A stretch of 64,000 bases of DNA from an uncultured Gemmatimonadales bacterium (GTDB taxonomy: Bacteria > Gemmatimonadota > Gemmatimonadetes > Gemmatimonadales > Gemmatimonadaceae). The stretch lies in contig OY969695.1 of the NCBI GenBank assembly GCA_963701965.1, forward strand, positions 2,240,001 through 2,304,000, given 5' to 3'. Under the pieces are notes generated by a model that did no database searches, had not been told where the DNA came from, and saw nothing but the letters and a program-made list of their open reading frames with translations. The position numbers were made by a program, and so were the translations under genes. This document shows, one piece after another, positions 1 to 10,233 of this stretch (within the stretch, counting starts at the first letter, position 1; each line of letters opens with the position of its first letter).

Positions 1-1
1 G

Positions 2-490
2 CGCGCCACGCGCGATGGCCACCTGGCGCCGCTCGCCGGCCCCCCGCGCGCGATGCCCGACTCGCTCCGCCTGACGTCCGAGTTCTTCGCCAAAGTCGCC
101 ATCTTCACCGTCGGCCTCACCGATCTCGTCGCCGACTGCACCGCGATCCACGAGCCGCACGAACGCGGTTGGAACCTCGCGTTCCGCCATGAACCGCACT
201 GGCACCTCCCCCTGGCCATGGCGCATTTCATGAGAGGCGCGATGCGCGAGCCGTTCGAAGGCACCGGCGCCGGCCTTCGCTACACGCTCAAAGACTCCGC
301 CGGCGCCCAGACGCTCCTCTTTCGCGATGGCCACATCGCCATCAAAGAGAGCACCGTCATGAAATGGCTAGGAGGCCTCGGCAACTCCGCCGTCGGCGAG
401 TTCGCGCAACTCAGCGAAGCCGAGGAAAACCGGTTCGACGCCGAGGCGTTCGGCGCCCTGCGCGCCGATATCGACGCTTTGCTGAGATAA
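2..490 (+). CDS. hypothetical protein, probably 5'-truncated by the window edge
   Basis: ORF 53..490; the frame stays open back to position 2; no recognisable motif. Confidence 0.5.
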   Translation, partial: RATRDGHLAPLAGPPRAMPDSLRLTSEFFAKVAIFTVGLTDLVADCTAIHEPHERGWNLAFRHEPHWHLPLAMAHFMRGAMREPFEGTGAGLRYTLKDSAGAQTLLFRDGHIAIKESTVMKWLGGLGNSAVGEFAQLSEAEENRFDAEAFGALRADIDALLR

Positions 491-649
491 AAGCACGAGC
501 GCCGCGAGCACGAAGCCCGCGGCGCGATCCGGTGTATGCTCTACTCTATCGTTCGAACCCGCTGGGGCATGCCACGCGCGCCGTCATTGGAACTCTCCGT
601 CCTACCGAACAGCGGCGGGCAATATTTCCCCAAGCGAGCTACATACCAA

Positions 650-722
650 TGGAGCTGAGGGGAGTCGAACCCCTGACCTCTGCAGTGCGATTGCAGCGCT
701 CTCCCAACTGAGCTACAGCCCC
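650..722 (-). tRNA. tRNA-Ala(CGC), CCA not encoded
   Basis: Reverse complement GGGGCTG-TA-GCTC AGTTGGGA GAGC-G-CTGCA ATCGCAC TGCAG-AGGTC-AGGGG TTCGACT CCCCT-CAGCTCC-A folds as a cloverleaf with the G3-U70 Ala determinant; followed by TTGG rather than CCA. Confidence 0.97.
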
Positions 723-893
723 GCACTTCCAGCCGCGCGAGTGTGTGCCGCAATCCAAGGTAGAGACTTGCGACCCAAAGTCAAGGTAACACGGGTTACA
801 CGATGACGCGAGATCAACGCGCCAACTACCCGTTGCCGCAGGAGTTACGGGATCGAGACCTGACCGTCCCGACCCGCTGCCCTCGAAACCGCC

Positions 894-1298
894 CTACGCT
901 GCCCCGTTGCTGCCGGCCGCGTCCCCGTGCGCCGCACGGGATACCCGGCTCCGATCCTCGACCGTCAGCTCATCTCCACCATCGCGACGCCGCGTCCGCG
1001 CACCAGCGCTCCGCGCTCCGCCGCCCTCACGACCTATGGCGGCCATGTGCTCGCGATCGCGACTCACGGTCTCGCCACCTTTCCGTCCCGCAACCCGCGC
1101 CTCATCGGCCGTCCATTCGTGCGCGGTTCCTTTCGCATGCGCGGCGCGCCCGCCCTTGCTGGCGATCTCGCGCTGCCGCTCCCGGTCCATCGAAGCGAAC
1201 CCACGATTGCTCGTTCCAGTGCGCTTCGCCGTCCCGGTGGAGGCCCGGCCGCCGCCGTCATGCACCTCCAACTCGCGATTGCTCTGTTCCGGCATCAT
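894..1298 (-). CDS. KGG-repeat general stress protein (YciG/GsiB-like)
   Basis: RGFASMDRERQREIASKGG, AGRKGGE and IGREGG repeats. Confidence 0.9.
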   Translation of the reverse strand: MMPEQSNRELEVHDGGGRASTGTAKRTGTSNRGFASMDRERQREIASKGGRAAHAKGTAHEWTADEARVAGRKGGETVSRDREHMAAIGREGGGARSAGARTRRRDGGDELTVEDRSRVSRAAHGDAAGSNGAA

Positions 1299-1562
1299 AC
1301 CTCCATCGCCATGTAGTCGCGGCCATGTAATCGGCCAACCAACTGTGCGGACCGCAAGACAGAGACCACGTCAGTCTCGACCACCGAAGCACCGTGTCGC
1401 TGATATAGCTCGACTTCGCACCTGACGCGAGGAGGGCTCAAGAATATTCCCCCAACGCCCGGTGCCCATCAAGCCCGGTCCGGCCCAGTACACAAGCAAC
1501 AAGCAGGCCCAGACGGCGCAGGCGCGTATTAGACCAAAGGTCGATACCGGTATATTGCACCG

Positions 1563-2513
1563 ATGTCACTGTCTCTCCGGTTCCTTGGCACCGCCGCCAG
1601 CCGGCCCACGATCGAACGCAACGTATCGGCGCTCGCCGTCGTGCGCGAAGGGGAGACGTTCTTGTTCGACTGCGGAGAAGGCACCCAACGCCAGATGATG
1701 CGCTATGGGATCTCCTTCGCCCTCGGGGACATCTTCTTTACGCACTACCATGCGGACCATGTCCTCGGCGTCGTGGGGCTCCTCCGCACCCTCCAATTGC
1801 AAGCGCGCACGGACCCCATGCGCCTCTGGGGGCCGCCGGGACTGGGACGCCTCCTCCGCCTCGTCGAATCGTTCGGCGGTGAGCGATGGGGATTCCCGGT
1901 CGAACCGACGGAAATCGAGCCTGGCGTCGCGATCAAGCGCCCGGGCTATGAAATCGTTCCCTTTCCGGTCGACCACCGCGGGGCCCGCGCCCTGGGCTAC
2001 GCCCTCATCGAGGAAACCCGCCTCGGACGGTTCAACCCGGATCTGGCGCGCGCGATCGGCATCCCCGAAGGACCGCTCTGGGGCCGCCTGCACAAAGGCG
2101 ACACGGTCACGCTCCCCGACGGCCGCACAGTCGACGGGGCATCGCTGGTCGGCCCCACCCGGCCCGGACGCCGCATCGTGATCACCGGCGACACGCGTCC
2201 GGCCGAATCAACCGTGGTCGCGGCGACCGGCGCCGATCTCCTGGTCCACGAGGCCACGTTCGCCGACGAGGAGGCCGCCCGCGCCGCCGAAACCGGCCAC
2301 TCGACGGCCCGCGAAGCGGCCACGGTCGCCGAGGGGGCCAAAGTCCGCCGGCTGGTCCTCACGCACTTCTCCGCGCGCTACGCCCGCGATCACGCGGACC
2401 TGGAACGCGAAGCGCGCGAGGTGTTTCCGGCCACGTCCTGCGCGCGCGACGGCACCGAGATCGTCGTCGCCTACGCCGACGAAATCGAGCCCGCGCCCGT
2501 CAGTCCTGCGTGA
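1563..2513 (+). CDS. rnz: ribonuclease Z
   Basis: FLGT, LFDCGEGTQ, THYHADH metallo-beta-lactamase motif, GP-rich exosite, TGDT, HEATF, HST, LTHFSARY. Confidence 0.95.
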   Translation: MSLSLRFLGTAASRPTIERNVSALAVVREGETFLFDCGEGTQRQMMRYGISFALGDIFFTHYHADHVLGVVGLLRTLQLQARTDPMRLWGPPGLGRLLRLVESFGGERWGFPVEPTEIEPGVAIKRPGYEIVPFPVDHRGARALGYALIEETRLGRFNPDLARAIGIPEGPLWGRLHKGDTVTLPDGRTVDGASLVGPTRPGRRIVITGDTRPAESTVVAATGADLLVHEATFADEEAARAAETGHSTAREAATVAEGAKVRRLVLTHFSARYARDHADLEREAREVFPATSCARDGTEIVVAYADEIEPAPVSPA

Positions 2514-2796
2514 GCGGCCGCGATCCGCGCGGACCAGTCCCTGCGGGCCGGATCGGCATCGAGCGGCGAAAGAGCCGCGCCAACGCTGGTTCGTCCAAGG
2601 CGTTCAAGACCGTCCGCACCTGCAAATGGCCGGTGACGTTGCGGGCGTCGGGCCCATTCGCCAGAAACCAATTGTAGCGGTTGCGATGGGGATCGCCCGG
2701 ATACCCGAACACGACCAGCGCGTTGCTGGACCCGGGAACTTGAACGGCGACGTTCCACGTCACCCCGTCCGGAGCCCGATAGGTGGTGCCTTTCAC
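2500..2796 (-). CDS. hypothetical protein
   Basis: 98-aa ORF; its GTG start overlaps the stop of the upstream DUF2203 gene. Confidence 0.7.
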   Translation of the reverse strand: MKGTTYRAPDGVTWNVAVQVPGSSNALVVFGYPGDPHRNRYNWFLANGPDARNVTGHLQVRTVLNALDEPALARLFRRSMPIRPAGTGPRGSRPLTQD

Positions 2797-3248
2797 GCCA
2801 CCACCTGCTCTTCCACCGGACGCCGCCCGACATACCCGGCGTCCACTTCGTGCCAGAATTGCACGCTTGGCTCACCCAACCGCCAGCACAGATACACGGT
2901 TCGTCCGTCCCGTTCCGCAGGAAAATCCACCAACCCGGTCTCGTAGTCCTTCAGCATCACCCCGAGCGCGTTCAACTCCCGCACGAACCGATCGACATCC
3001 GCCGCGATCGCGCTCGTCTCGCGCTCCAGCATCACCGCCCGGGGATCGGGCGTCGCCGCCGTCGCCGCCGCGGTCACCAGCTCGAACTCCCGCACGCGCT
3101 CACGCCAATGCGCGACCGACTCCACCACGTCCTCGACAATGCGACGCACCAGCGGCAGCATCTGCGTCGCCTGCTCCGCGGTAAAGCGCCGCATCTCCGG
3201 AGCAATCGTCATGATCGAATCGTGCGACATCCGACCAGGGATGGTCAA
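2793..3248 (-). CDS. DUF2203 family protein
   Basis: FT..QA..MLPLV...LKD..TGLVDFP...VYLCWRLGE..V.FWH..DAGY.GRRP signature. Confidence 0.9.
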   Translation of the reverse strand: MTIPGRMSHDSIMTIAPEMRRFTAEQATQMLPLVRRIVEDVVESVAHWRERVREFELVTAAATAATPDPRAVMLERETSAIAADVDRFVRELNALGVMLKDYETGLVDFPAERDGRTVYLCWRLGEPSVQFWHEVDAGYVGRRPVEEQVVA

Positions 3249-3757
3249 GGGCGCAAGCCGTTACTCTCGGCGGTCCGCTCCTCGAGCCTCCGCCGCCGGC
3301 GCTCCCGCGCCGCGGCAAACCGCCGCTGCTCGTCGGCGGTCTCGGGAACGAGCGATGGCACCGGCACGGGCCGGCCGTTGCGATCGACCGCCACAAACGT
3401 GAGATAACACGAATTCGTGTGGCGCCGCCGGCCGGACAACAGATCCTCGGCCTCCACGCGCACGCCCACTTCCATAGAGGAACGGCCGACGTAATTCACG
3501 CTGGCCTTCATGATCACGAGATCGCCCACGTGAATGGGCTCGCGAAAGTCGACGCGGTCCACCGACGCGGTCACGCACGCCATCCGCGCATGCCGGAACG
3601 CGCAAATGCCCGCCGCCTTGTCCATCATCGACAGGATCACGCCGCCGAACACGTGACCGAGCACGTTGGCATCCTGGGGCATCATCAGCTCGGACGTCTC
3701 GTGCTGGGAGGCGCGGACGGGCTTGGGCTCGAGCAACTCTTCGATGTCAGGCTTCAT
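3245..3757 (-). CDS. acyl-CoA thioesterase (YciA-like hotdog fold)
   Basis: MPQDANVLGHVFGG..LSMMD, VTASVDRVDF, VGRSSMEV; ATG at 3757 overlaps the upstream TGA. Confidence 0.92.
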   Translation of the reverse strand: MKPDIEELLEPKPVRASQHETSELMMPQDANVLGHVFGGVILSMMDKAAGICAFRHARMACVTASVDRVDFREPIHVGDLVIMKASVNYVGRSSMEVGVRVEAEDLLSGRRRHTNSCYLTFVAVDRNGRPVPVPSLVPETADEQRRFAAARERRRRRLEERTAESNGLRP

Positions 3758-5010
3758 TTCCAAGGCGCGTGCCGGCGGGGTCGATGAACAGGCCGATGGC
3801 GATGCTGTGGCGGCCTCGCCGAGGCGGCCCACAACCGGGGGATGGGCCGGTGCCGCGGGTGCGCGTACCGCACACTGCGCGCATCGTCGGAATAGAGCGC
3901 GGACTCGTCGAACGCTCTGACCAACGCCCGGAGGGTCACGGTGTCGCGCGGAACGCCGTCGAGCCAGAACACGCGATGGGCCGGCGCCGGCAACCGCGCC
4001 ACCGGCCAATCGCCATGCGCGCTGTCCCGGAGCGCCAACCGGATGCTGTTGTTGGCGGTATCATACCGGGCAACCAGGGTCACCCGACCATGCGCCCACG
4101 ACTGCCCCGAGGGCAAAGTGCTCCGGACCTCGCGCCACCAGGGCGGCAACCCCGGGGTATCCGGCACGCCCACCGGGCCGAGCGCCAGCCACCGGCCGCG
4201 ACCGCCGGTCCCGTGCCCCGGCACCACAAACGCGACGGCGAGGGCCCCGCTGGGCGCCTCCAGCGTATAGCTCAAGGGATCAAACGTGAACGCCCCGCCC
4301 GCCAACGCCCGCGCCGCCCGGCGTACCGACTCGTCGTCGGCGTCGCTGTCCCCGATGGCACGAATCGAGTCGCGCACGGCGCGGAACCGCTGCCGCCCGG
4401 CGGCCAGTACCCGGTCGGCCGACGGACCGACGACGGTCCGCAGGGGCGCGATGGCCCGCGCCCGCAGGTCGACCACGCCGTGCCGGCTGGTCTGACCGGT
4501 GCCGGCCTCGCCGTTGGCCGAACCGTGATAAGCGAACGACACGAAAGGACCGTGCAGATCGAGAATGTCGACCTCGCCCGTCACCGTGCTGGCAGGATCC
4601 TCGGCGGCATCCTCATCCGGATCGAGAGGCGCGTCATCGGGATGCCGCGCGGCGTACCCGGCGGCGGCTCTCCCAACGGTGCTGTCCTCGAACACGGCCA
4701 CGGAATCGCCATTCAAGAGATCCCGGGCGTAGATGCGCTGGCCGACGAAGACGGCATTGTAGAACGACCGGTCGTCGTCGGCGACGTAGACCTCGTAGAA
4801 ACGGTCCCCGTACTTCGTGAGCACGAGCGGCGCGCCGCGCACGTGCACGCCGTCGTGCCCCGTCGTCACCCAGAACGTCGAGTCACCCGCCGCGATCAGA
4901 AATTCGGCCGGCGGCGGCGCCGTCGCATGCCCGCGTGACGCACGCGCGGCAGGCCGCGCGCCGCACGCGGCGGTCGCCATCACCGTGAACAACAGCGGAA
5001 CGTGACGCAT
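3754..5010 (-). CDS. hypothetical lipoprotein
   Basis: N-terminal hydrophobic stretch with lipobox TAAC; coupled to the downstream gene. Confidence 0.7.
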   Translation of the reverse strand: MRHVPLLFTVMATAACGARPAARASRGHATAPPPAEFLIAAGDSTFWVTTGHDGVHVRGAPLVLTKYGDRFYEVYVADDDRSFYNAVFVGQRIYARDLLNGDSVAVFEDSTVGRAAAGYAARHPDDAPLDPDEDAAEDPASTVTGEVDILDLHGPFVSFAYHGSANGEAGTGQTSRHGVVDLRARAIAPLRTVVGPSADRVLAAGRQRFRAVRDSIRAIGDSDADDESVRRAARALAGGAFTFDPLSYTLEAPSGALAVAFVVPGHGTGGRGRWLALGPVGVPDTPGLPPWWREVRSTLPSGQSWAHGRVTLVARYDTANNSIRLALRDSAHGDWPVARLPAPAHRVFWLDGVPRDTVTLRALVRAFDESALYSDDARSVRYAHPRHRPIPRLWAASARPPQHRHRPVHRPRRHAPWK

Positions 5011-5099
5011 CGTCGATGAATATAGTCTTGGTTCTCAGTAGGTCTTGCACAACGCATTACATTGTTCGACCGCAAATCGGCCGCACCCACCCATAATCG

Positions 5100-6230
5100 A
5101 TGACGCGCGCGACCCCTCTCCTGTTCGCGTGCACGCTCTCGGCGTGCACGACCCTGGCCGCTGCCCAAGCGCCGGCTCCCCTGCCGCCCCTCCGCGGGAT
5201 CTACGTCAACCGGTTCGCCGGCCAGAGTCCGAAAAAGATGCGATCGCTGATCGCGCTCGCGGACTCGACGGAGATCAACGCGTTCGTCATCGACATCAAG
5301 GACGAGTTCGGGATCAACTACGTCTCCACGGATACCCTCGTCCAGCGCAACGCCGGTCGCGCCGGGTCGATTCCCGATCTGGCCCAACTGATCGATACGC
5401 TCAAAGCGCACCACATCACCCCGATCGCGCGCATCGTCACGTTCAAGGACTCGGTCACCGCCCGCCTCAACCCGCGGTGGCGCATCCTGCAACCGGATGG
5501 CTCGCCCTGGCGGGACAAGAAAGGCATCACCTGGGTCAATCCGTACAGTCGCGACGTCTGGGAATACGACCTCCGCGTCGCCGAGGAGGCCGCGCGGTTG
5601 GGCTTCGAAGAGGTCCAGTTCGACTACGTGCGCTTCCCCGAGCCGTATAAGAGCCTGCCCCCCCAGATCTTCCCGGGCGCCCAAGGAGTAGCCAAGCCCG
5701 AAGTGCTGGCCGAGTTCCTGGCCACCGCCCGGGCCCGGGTCGCCAAGCACGGGGCGCGCACGACGGCCGACGTGTTCGGCCTGGTCACCGCCGGGGGCAC
5801 CCTGGAGGTCGGCCAGCGCTGGGAAAACATCGCCGGCGCGGCCGACGTCGTCCTCCCCATGGTCTACCCGTCGCACTATCCGCATGGATCGTACGGGATC
5901 GCGCGGCCGAACGCCGATCCGTACAAGACGATCTTCGCGGCCGTGTCCGATGCCCACAAACGCGATATGAAGCTGGGCATCGCGGGCGAGCACGTCCGCC
6001 CGTGGCTGCAGGCGTTCACGCTGGGCGCCCCGGCCTATGGCCCGGCACAGCTCCGCGACCAGAAGCGCGCCGTCTACGACGCGGGATACCAAGGGTGGGT
6101 GCTGTGGAACCCGGGCTCCCGCTACGACGCGATCGCCGCCGGCCTCGACCCGAAACCCCGCCCGGCAGGCGGATCGTCCGCGCTGGCCGCTAAGCGATCT
6201 CCACTCCCGCCCAGCGTTCGACAACCTTGA
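5100..6230 (+). CDS. secreted putative glycoside hydrolase (DUF4015-like TIM barrel)
   Basis: Signal peptide, RGIYV, NAFVIDIKD, IARIVTFKD, GFEEVQFDYVRFP, PMVYPSHY, RPWLQAF. Confidence 0.85.
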   Translation: MTRATPLLFACTLSACTTLAAAQAPAPLPPLRGIYVNRFAGQSPKKMRSLIALADSTEINAFVIDIKDEFGINYVSTDTLVQRNAGRAGSIPDLAQLIDTLKAHHITPIARIVTFKDSVTARLNPRWRILQPDGSPWRDKKGITWVNPYSRDVWEYDLRVAEEAARLGFEEVQFDYVRFPEPYKSLPPQIFPGAQGVAKPEVLAEFLATARARVAKHGARTTADVFGLVTAGGTLEVGQRWENIAGAADVVLPMVYPSHYPHGSYGIARPNADPYKTIFAAVSDAHKRDMKLGIAGEHVRPWLQAFTLGAPAYGPAQLRDQKRAVYDAGYQGWVLWNPGSRYDAIAAGLDPKPRPAGGSSALAAKRSPLPPSVRQP

Positions 6231-7080
6231 CCACCTCGGCGTGATCGGCGTCCTCGCCGAGCACGCCGTGCGCCATCCGCATCAGCTCCGCGGTCAGTTG
6301 GAGGAGCGGACTGGGCACGCGCGCCGCGCGCGCGACCTCGGCCGCGATCCCGACGTCCTTGTCGAGCAGCGCCAGACGGAACGTGCGCGGAAATGCCCGC
6401 GTGACGACGCGCTGGGGGATCAAGTTCATTGACGCGTTCGATCGACCGCTCGACGCGTTGATCACGTCGAGCGCGACCGCGGGCGACACCCCCATACGTG
6501 CCAGAGCGGCCAATCCTTCGGCCGCCGACCAGAGATGCACGGCGAGCATGGCGTTGTTGATCGCCTTTACGGCATCGCCGCTCCCGACTGGTCCACAATG
6601 CACAATCTTCTGGCCCACGACCTGAAGCACGGGCTGCACCCGCTCCAGCACGGCGGCATCCCCGCCGCACATGATGGTCAACGTGCCGGCCTCGGCGCCG
6701 GACGTGCCGCCGCTCACCGGCGCGTCGAGATACGACACGCCCGCCCCGGCCAACCGCTCGGCGATCCGCCGGCTGCCGGCAGGGTCGCCGGATGTGAAGT
6801 CGACCCAGACCGCGCCCCGAGGGAGCGCTGGGAGCGCGCCGTCGAGGACGGATTCGACATCGGCCGACGTCGAGAAGCACGTGGCGACCACTTCGGCGCC
6901 CGACACGGCGTCAGCGATGGTCGGGGCGACTCGCGCCACATGCTGGGCGGCGAACCGGTCGGCTTTGGCGGGGGTGCGGTTCCAGACCGTGAGGTCGAAC
7001 GCGCGAGCGATGTGCGCGGCCATCGGCGACCCAATGTCGCCCAGCCCGAGAAACGCAATGCGTAGTGCTGTGCGTGGCAT
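6190..7080 (-). CDS. NAD(P)-dependent oxidoreductase, 3-hydroxyisobutyrate dehydrogenase family
   Basis: [34 protein letters not shown]. Confidence 0.92.
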   Translation of the reverse strand: MPRTALRIAFLGLGDIGSPMAAHIARAFDLTVWNRTPAKADRFAAQHVARVAPTIADAVSGAEVVATCFSTSADVESVLDGALPALPRGAVWVDFTSGDPAGSRRIAERLAGAGVSYLDAPVSGGTSGAEAGTLTIMCGGDAAVLERVQPVLQVVGQKIVHCGPVGSGDAVKAINNAMLAVHLWSAAEGLAALARMGVSPAVALDVINASSGRSNASMNLIPQRVVTRAFPRTFRLALLDKDVGIAAEVARAARVPSPLLQLTAELMRMAHGVLGEDADHAEVVKVVERWAGVEIA

Positions 7081-7106
7081 GGCCGGAAATTAAGCGCCCG
7101 TCGGCG

Positions 7107-9017
7107 TTAATCTCCCGCCAGCGCCGCCTCCCGCACGGGCTTGGGGAGCGCGGGATCGGCCGCCAGGGGGATGAGACCGACGATCCCCTGCTCCAACCAC
7201 CGATGCTCGCCGCGCAGCACCTGCTGGGCGAGTCGATAGAGCGCCGGATCGTCTGGCCCGTACAGCGCCCGGAAAAGCTCCCGTACGCGTCCGCGCGCGG
7301 TGCGGCAGAAGACGTCGGCGAGGGCGACCGCCTCGCGCTGACCCTGCCCGGCCAACATCTGGGCCCGCGCGCACGCGGCCGACATGGCGAACAACTCGGC
7401 TCCAATGTCGACGGCCCGGAAGAGCACCATCTGGCGCTTCTCCAGCTTTGGGCCGAACCGGACCATCGCGTGGAAGATGGCCCGACCCAGACGCCGTGTG
7501 TTCCGCTCCGCGAACCGGAGATGGCGGGCCAAGGGTCCGAACTCGCCGTAGGCGCCGACCTGGCCTTTGCCAAACCACCGGGCGGCATACCACCGCGGAT
7601 AGAATTTGGCGATGCGGCCCACGGCGGCCCAGCGGGCCTTGGCGGACGCTTTCGGATCAACGAGCGCGAACGCGGTCTTGAAGTGGTGATCGACGGCCTC
7701 GCGCGCGATGAACAAGCGCATGATCTCCGACGATCCCTCGAAGATCAGGTTGATGCGAAAATCCCGCATCGCCCGCTCAACCGCAATGGGCGGCTCGCCG
7801 CGCCGGGCCAGGGACTCGGCGGTCTCGTATCCGCGGCCGCCGCGCGTCTGCAGGGTGTCGTCGACGATGCGCCAGCCGGCTTCCGTGTTGTACATCTTGG
7901 CGATCGCCGCTTCCAACCGGATGTCGTACCCGCCGCGCTCGTACAGCGCGGTCGACAGCTCGGCGATCGCTTCCATGGCGAACGTGTTGGCGGCCATGAG
8001 CGCGATCTTGTGCGCGACCGCCTCGTGCTTGCCAATGGGTTGACCCCACTGCACACGCTCGTTCGACCACCGGCGCGTGATCTCCAACATGGCCTTGGCG
8101 GCGCCGACGGCGCTCGCGGGCAAGGTGAGGCGGCCGGTGTTGAGGGTCGTCAGCGCGAGCTTGAGGCCTTTCCCCTCGCCCCACAAAATGTTCTCGCGCG
8201 GCACCCGGACGTTGGTAAATCGAATGACGCCGTTCTCTATGGCTTTGAGCCCCATGAAGCGCAGGCGGTGCGCGATCTCGAGACCGGGCGACGAGGCTTC
8301 GACAATAAAGGCCGTGATCTGCTTGCGGGGCTTGCCGTTGACGACGGCGTCGGGCGTGCGCGCCATCACGACATAGAGCTCGGCGCGCGTGCCGTTCGTG
8401 CACCAGAGTTTCTCGCCATTGAGCAAAAAGGCGTTGCCGCCTTCGACCGGCGTCGCGCTCGTCGTCATGTTCGCGGGGTCGGACCCGGCGTTCACTTCGG
8501 TGAGCGCGAAGGCGGAGATGGCGCCTTTGGCCAGGCGCGGAAAGAACCGGCGCTTCTGGTCGTCGGTGCCAAACAGCTTGAGGGGCTGAGGGACGCCGAT
8601 CGACTGTGAGGCCGAGAGCAGCGCGGTGAGGCTGCCGTCTTTCAATGTCACCATCTCCATGGCGCGGACATAGGTCATCTGCGAGAGGCCGAGGCCGCCG
8701 TACTCCTTCGGGATCTTGATGCCGAACGCGCCCATCACCCGCAGCTCCTGCACGATCCACTCGGGGATCTCCCCGGTCCGGTCGATCTCGTCGGAGTCGA
8801 TCCGGGTCAGCAGCTCTTTGAGCTTGGCCAGGAAAGGCGCGGCGCGCTGGGCCTCGGCGGGGTCTTCCTGGGGGTGGGGGTGGATCAGGTCGAGGCGGAA
8901 ACGACCGAGAAAAAGCTCGCGGACGAAGCTGGGGTGCGTCCACTCGGTCTCGCGGGCCGCTTCGGCGACGTCGCGGGCTTCCTGCTCGGAGACGGGACCA
9001 TGCTCGGTCGTGGCCAT
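7107..9017 (-). CDS. acyl-CoA dehydrogenase (long-chain, VLCAD/FadE10-like)
   Basis: [45 protein letters not shown]. Confidence 0.93.
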   Translation of the reverse strand: MATTEHGPVSEQEARDVAEAARETEWTHPSFVRELFLGRFRLDLIHPHPQEDPAEAQRAAPFLAKLKELLTRIDSDEIDRTGEIPEWIVQELRVMGAFGIKIPKEYGGLGLSQMTYVRAMEMVTLKDGSLTALLSASQSIGVPQPLKLFGTDDQKRRFFPRLAKGAISAFALTEVNAGSDPANMTTSATPVEGGNAFLLNGEKLWCTNGTRAELYVVMARTPDAVVNGKPRKQITAFIVEASSPGLEIAHRLRFMGLKAIENGVIRFTNVRVPRENILWGEGKGLKLALTTLNTGRLTLPASAVGAAKAMLEITRRWSNERVQWGQPIGKHEAVAHKIALMAANTFAMEAIAELSTALYERGGYDIRLEAAIAKMYNTEAGWRIVDDTLQTRGGRGYETAESLARRGEPPIAVERAMRDFRINLIFEGSSEIMRLFIAREAVDHHFKTAFALVDPKASAKARWAAVGRIAKFYPRWYAARWFGKGQVGAYGEFGPLARHLRFAERNTRRLGRAIFHAMVRFGPKLEKRQMVLFRAVDIGAELFAMSAACARAQMLAGQGQREAVALADVFCRTARGRVRELFRALYGPDDPALYRLAQQVLRGEHRWLEQGIVGLIPLAADPALPKPVREAALAGD

Positions 9018-9036
9018 GCACTCCTCCTGATACGCT

Positions 9037-9735
9037 CTAATCTACCCGCCGAAATACCACGAACCCGGAGCCTGCGAGCGCGATGAGCGCGAAGGAGAAC
9101 CACTGGATCGCGTAGCTCAGGTGTGGCCCATCATCGAGGGCCGGCGCGCCGCGGCGCACCGGGCGGCCGGGGACAAATGCGGTGTCCCCGCCGAGTATGA
9201 CGCCGTAAGACGCCACGGGATACCCGGCCCAGTGGCCGATCGAGTCGGGACTCAGCCAGCGGACCTTGTTCGGGTACCCAGGGATCGACGCGGGACCGGG
9301 ACGCGCGGCCAGCTCCTCGACCTGGCCGTCCGCCGACAGGCTGTCGGCCTCCCGCCACCGCGCGTGGTCGATCGTCGCGGCGTCCGGCGAGTACACCCAG
9401 CCGCGGTCGACGAGGACCGCCGTGTCGGTCCCCGCGACGCGCAAGGGCGTCACCACGTCCACTCCGGGCGCGCCGTCGCGAATGCGGTTGGCCAGCGCGA
9501 CTTCGTGGGCATAGTCGTATACGCCCCGTAACCGCACCCGCCGAAACTGGGCCAGAGCCGTGTCGCGCGGCAGGTCCTTGAGACCTACCGGCGCGTCTAC
9601 CAGACGCCCCAAAATCTCCGCGTTGCGCTGGCGGCGTTCGCCGAGCCGGTGCAGCTGCCATACGCCGAGACGAATGAAGAGCGTGGCCGCCGCCGCGGCA
9701 CACAGGAGAAAGAGGGCGCGTTTGCCTCGGCTCAT
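9037..9735 (-). CDS. SURF1 family protein
   Basis: [33 protein letters not shown] at 9735 (the longer ORF call runs through the repeat array). Confidence 0.9.
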   Translation of the reverse strand: MSRGKRALFLLCAAAAATLFIRLGVWQLHRLGERRQRNAEILGRLVDAPVGLKDLPRDTALAQFRRVRLRGVYDYAHEVALANRIRDGAPGVDVVTPLRVAGTDTAVLVDRGWVYSPDAATIDHARWREADSLSADGQVEELAARPGPASIPGYPNKVRWLSPDSIGHWAGYPVASYGVILGGDTAFVPGRPVRRGAPALDDGPHLSYAIQWFSFALIALAGSGFVVFRRVD

Positions 9736-9764
9736 GCGGTAAGCTAAGAGATCGCACGGGAGCG

Positions 9765-10233
9765 GCGGCTTGGCCGCCGCGACAGGCAACCGACAGTCGT
9801 TGTCTCGCTGTGGCGAAGGCCACAGGAGCGCGGCTTGGCCGCCGCGACAGGCAACCGACAGTCGTTGTTCTAGCTGTGGCGAAGGCCACAGGAGCGCGGC
9901 TTGGCCGCCGCGACAGGCAACCGACAGTCGTTGTCTAGCTGTGGCGAAGGCCACAGGAGCGCGGCTTGGCCGCCGCGACAGGCAACCGACAGTCGTTGTT
10001 CTAGCTGTGGCGAAGGCCACAGGAGCGCGGCTTGGCCGCCGCGACAGGCAACCGACAGTCGTTGTTCTAGCTGTGGCGAAGGCCACAGGAGCGCGGCTTG
10101 GCCGCCGCGACAGGCAACCGACAGTCGTTGTTCTAGCTGTGGCGAAGGCCACAGGAGCGCGGCTTGGCCGCCGCGACAGGCAACCGACAGTCGTTGTTCT
10201 AGCTGCGGCGAAGGCCACAGCTAGAACAACGAC
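9765..10233. repeat. tandem array of 7 x 65-66 bp hairpin-rich units
   Basis: Unit GCGGCTTGGCCGCCGCGACAGGCAACCGACAGTCGTTGTTCTAGCTGTGGCGAAGGCCACAGGAGC starts at 9765, 9830, 9896, 9961, 10027, 10093 and 10159. Confidence 0.97.

Noticed and set aside
1..722. Genomic island integrated at the tRNA 3' end
   Set aside because: No integrase or duplicated tRNA 3' fragment is visible; evidence could lie outside the window
9765..10233. CRISPR array
   Set aside because: Units are near-identical over their whole length with no unique spacers, and no cas genes are in the window
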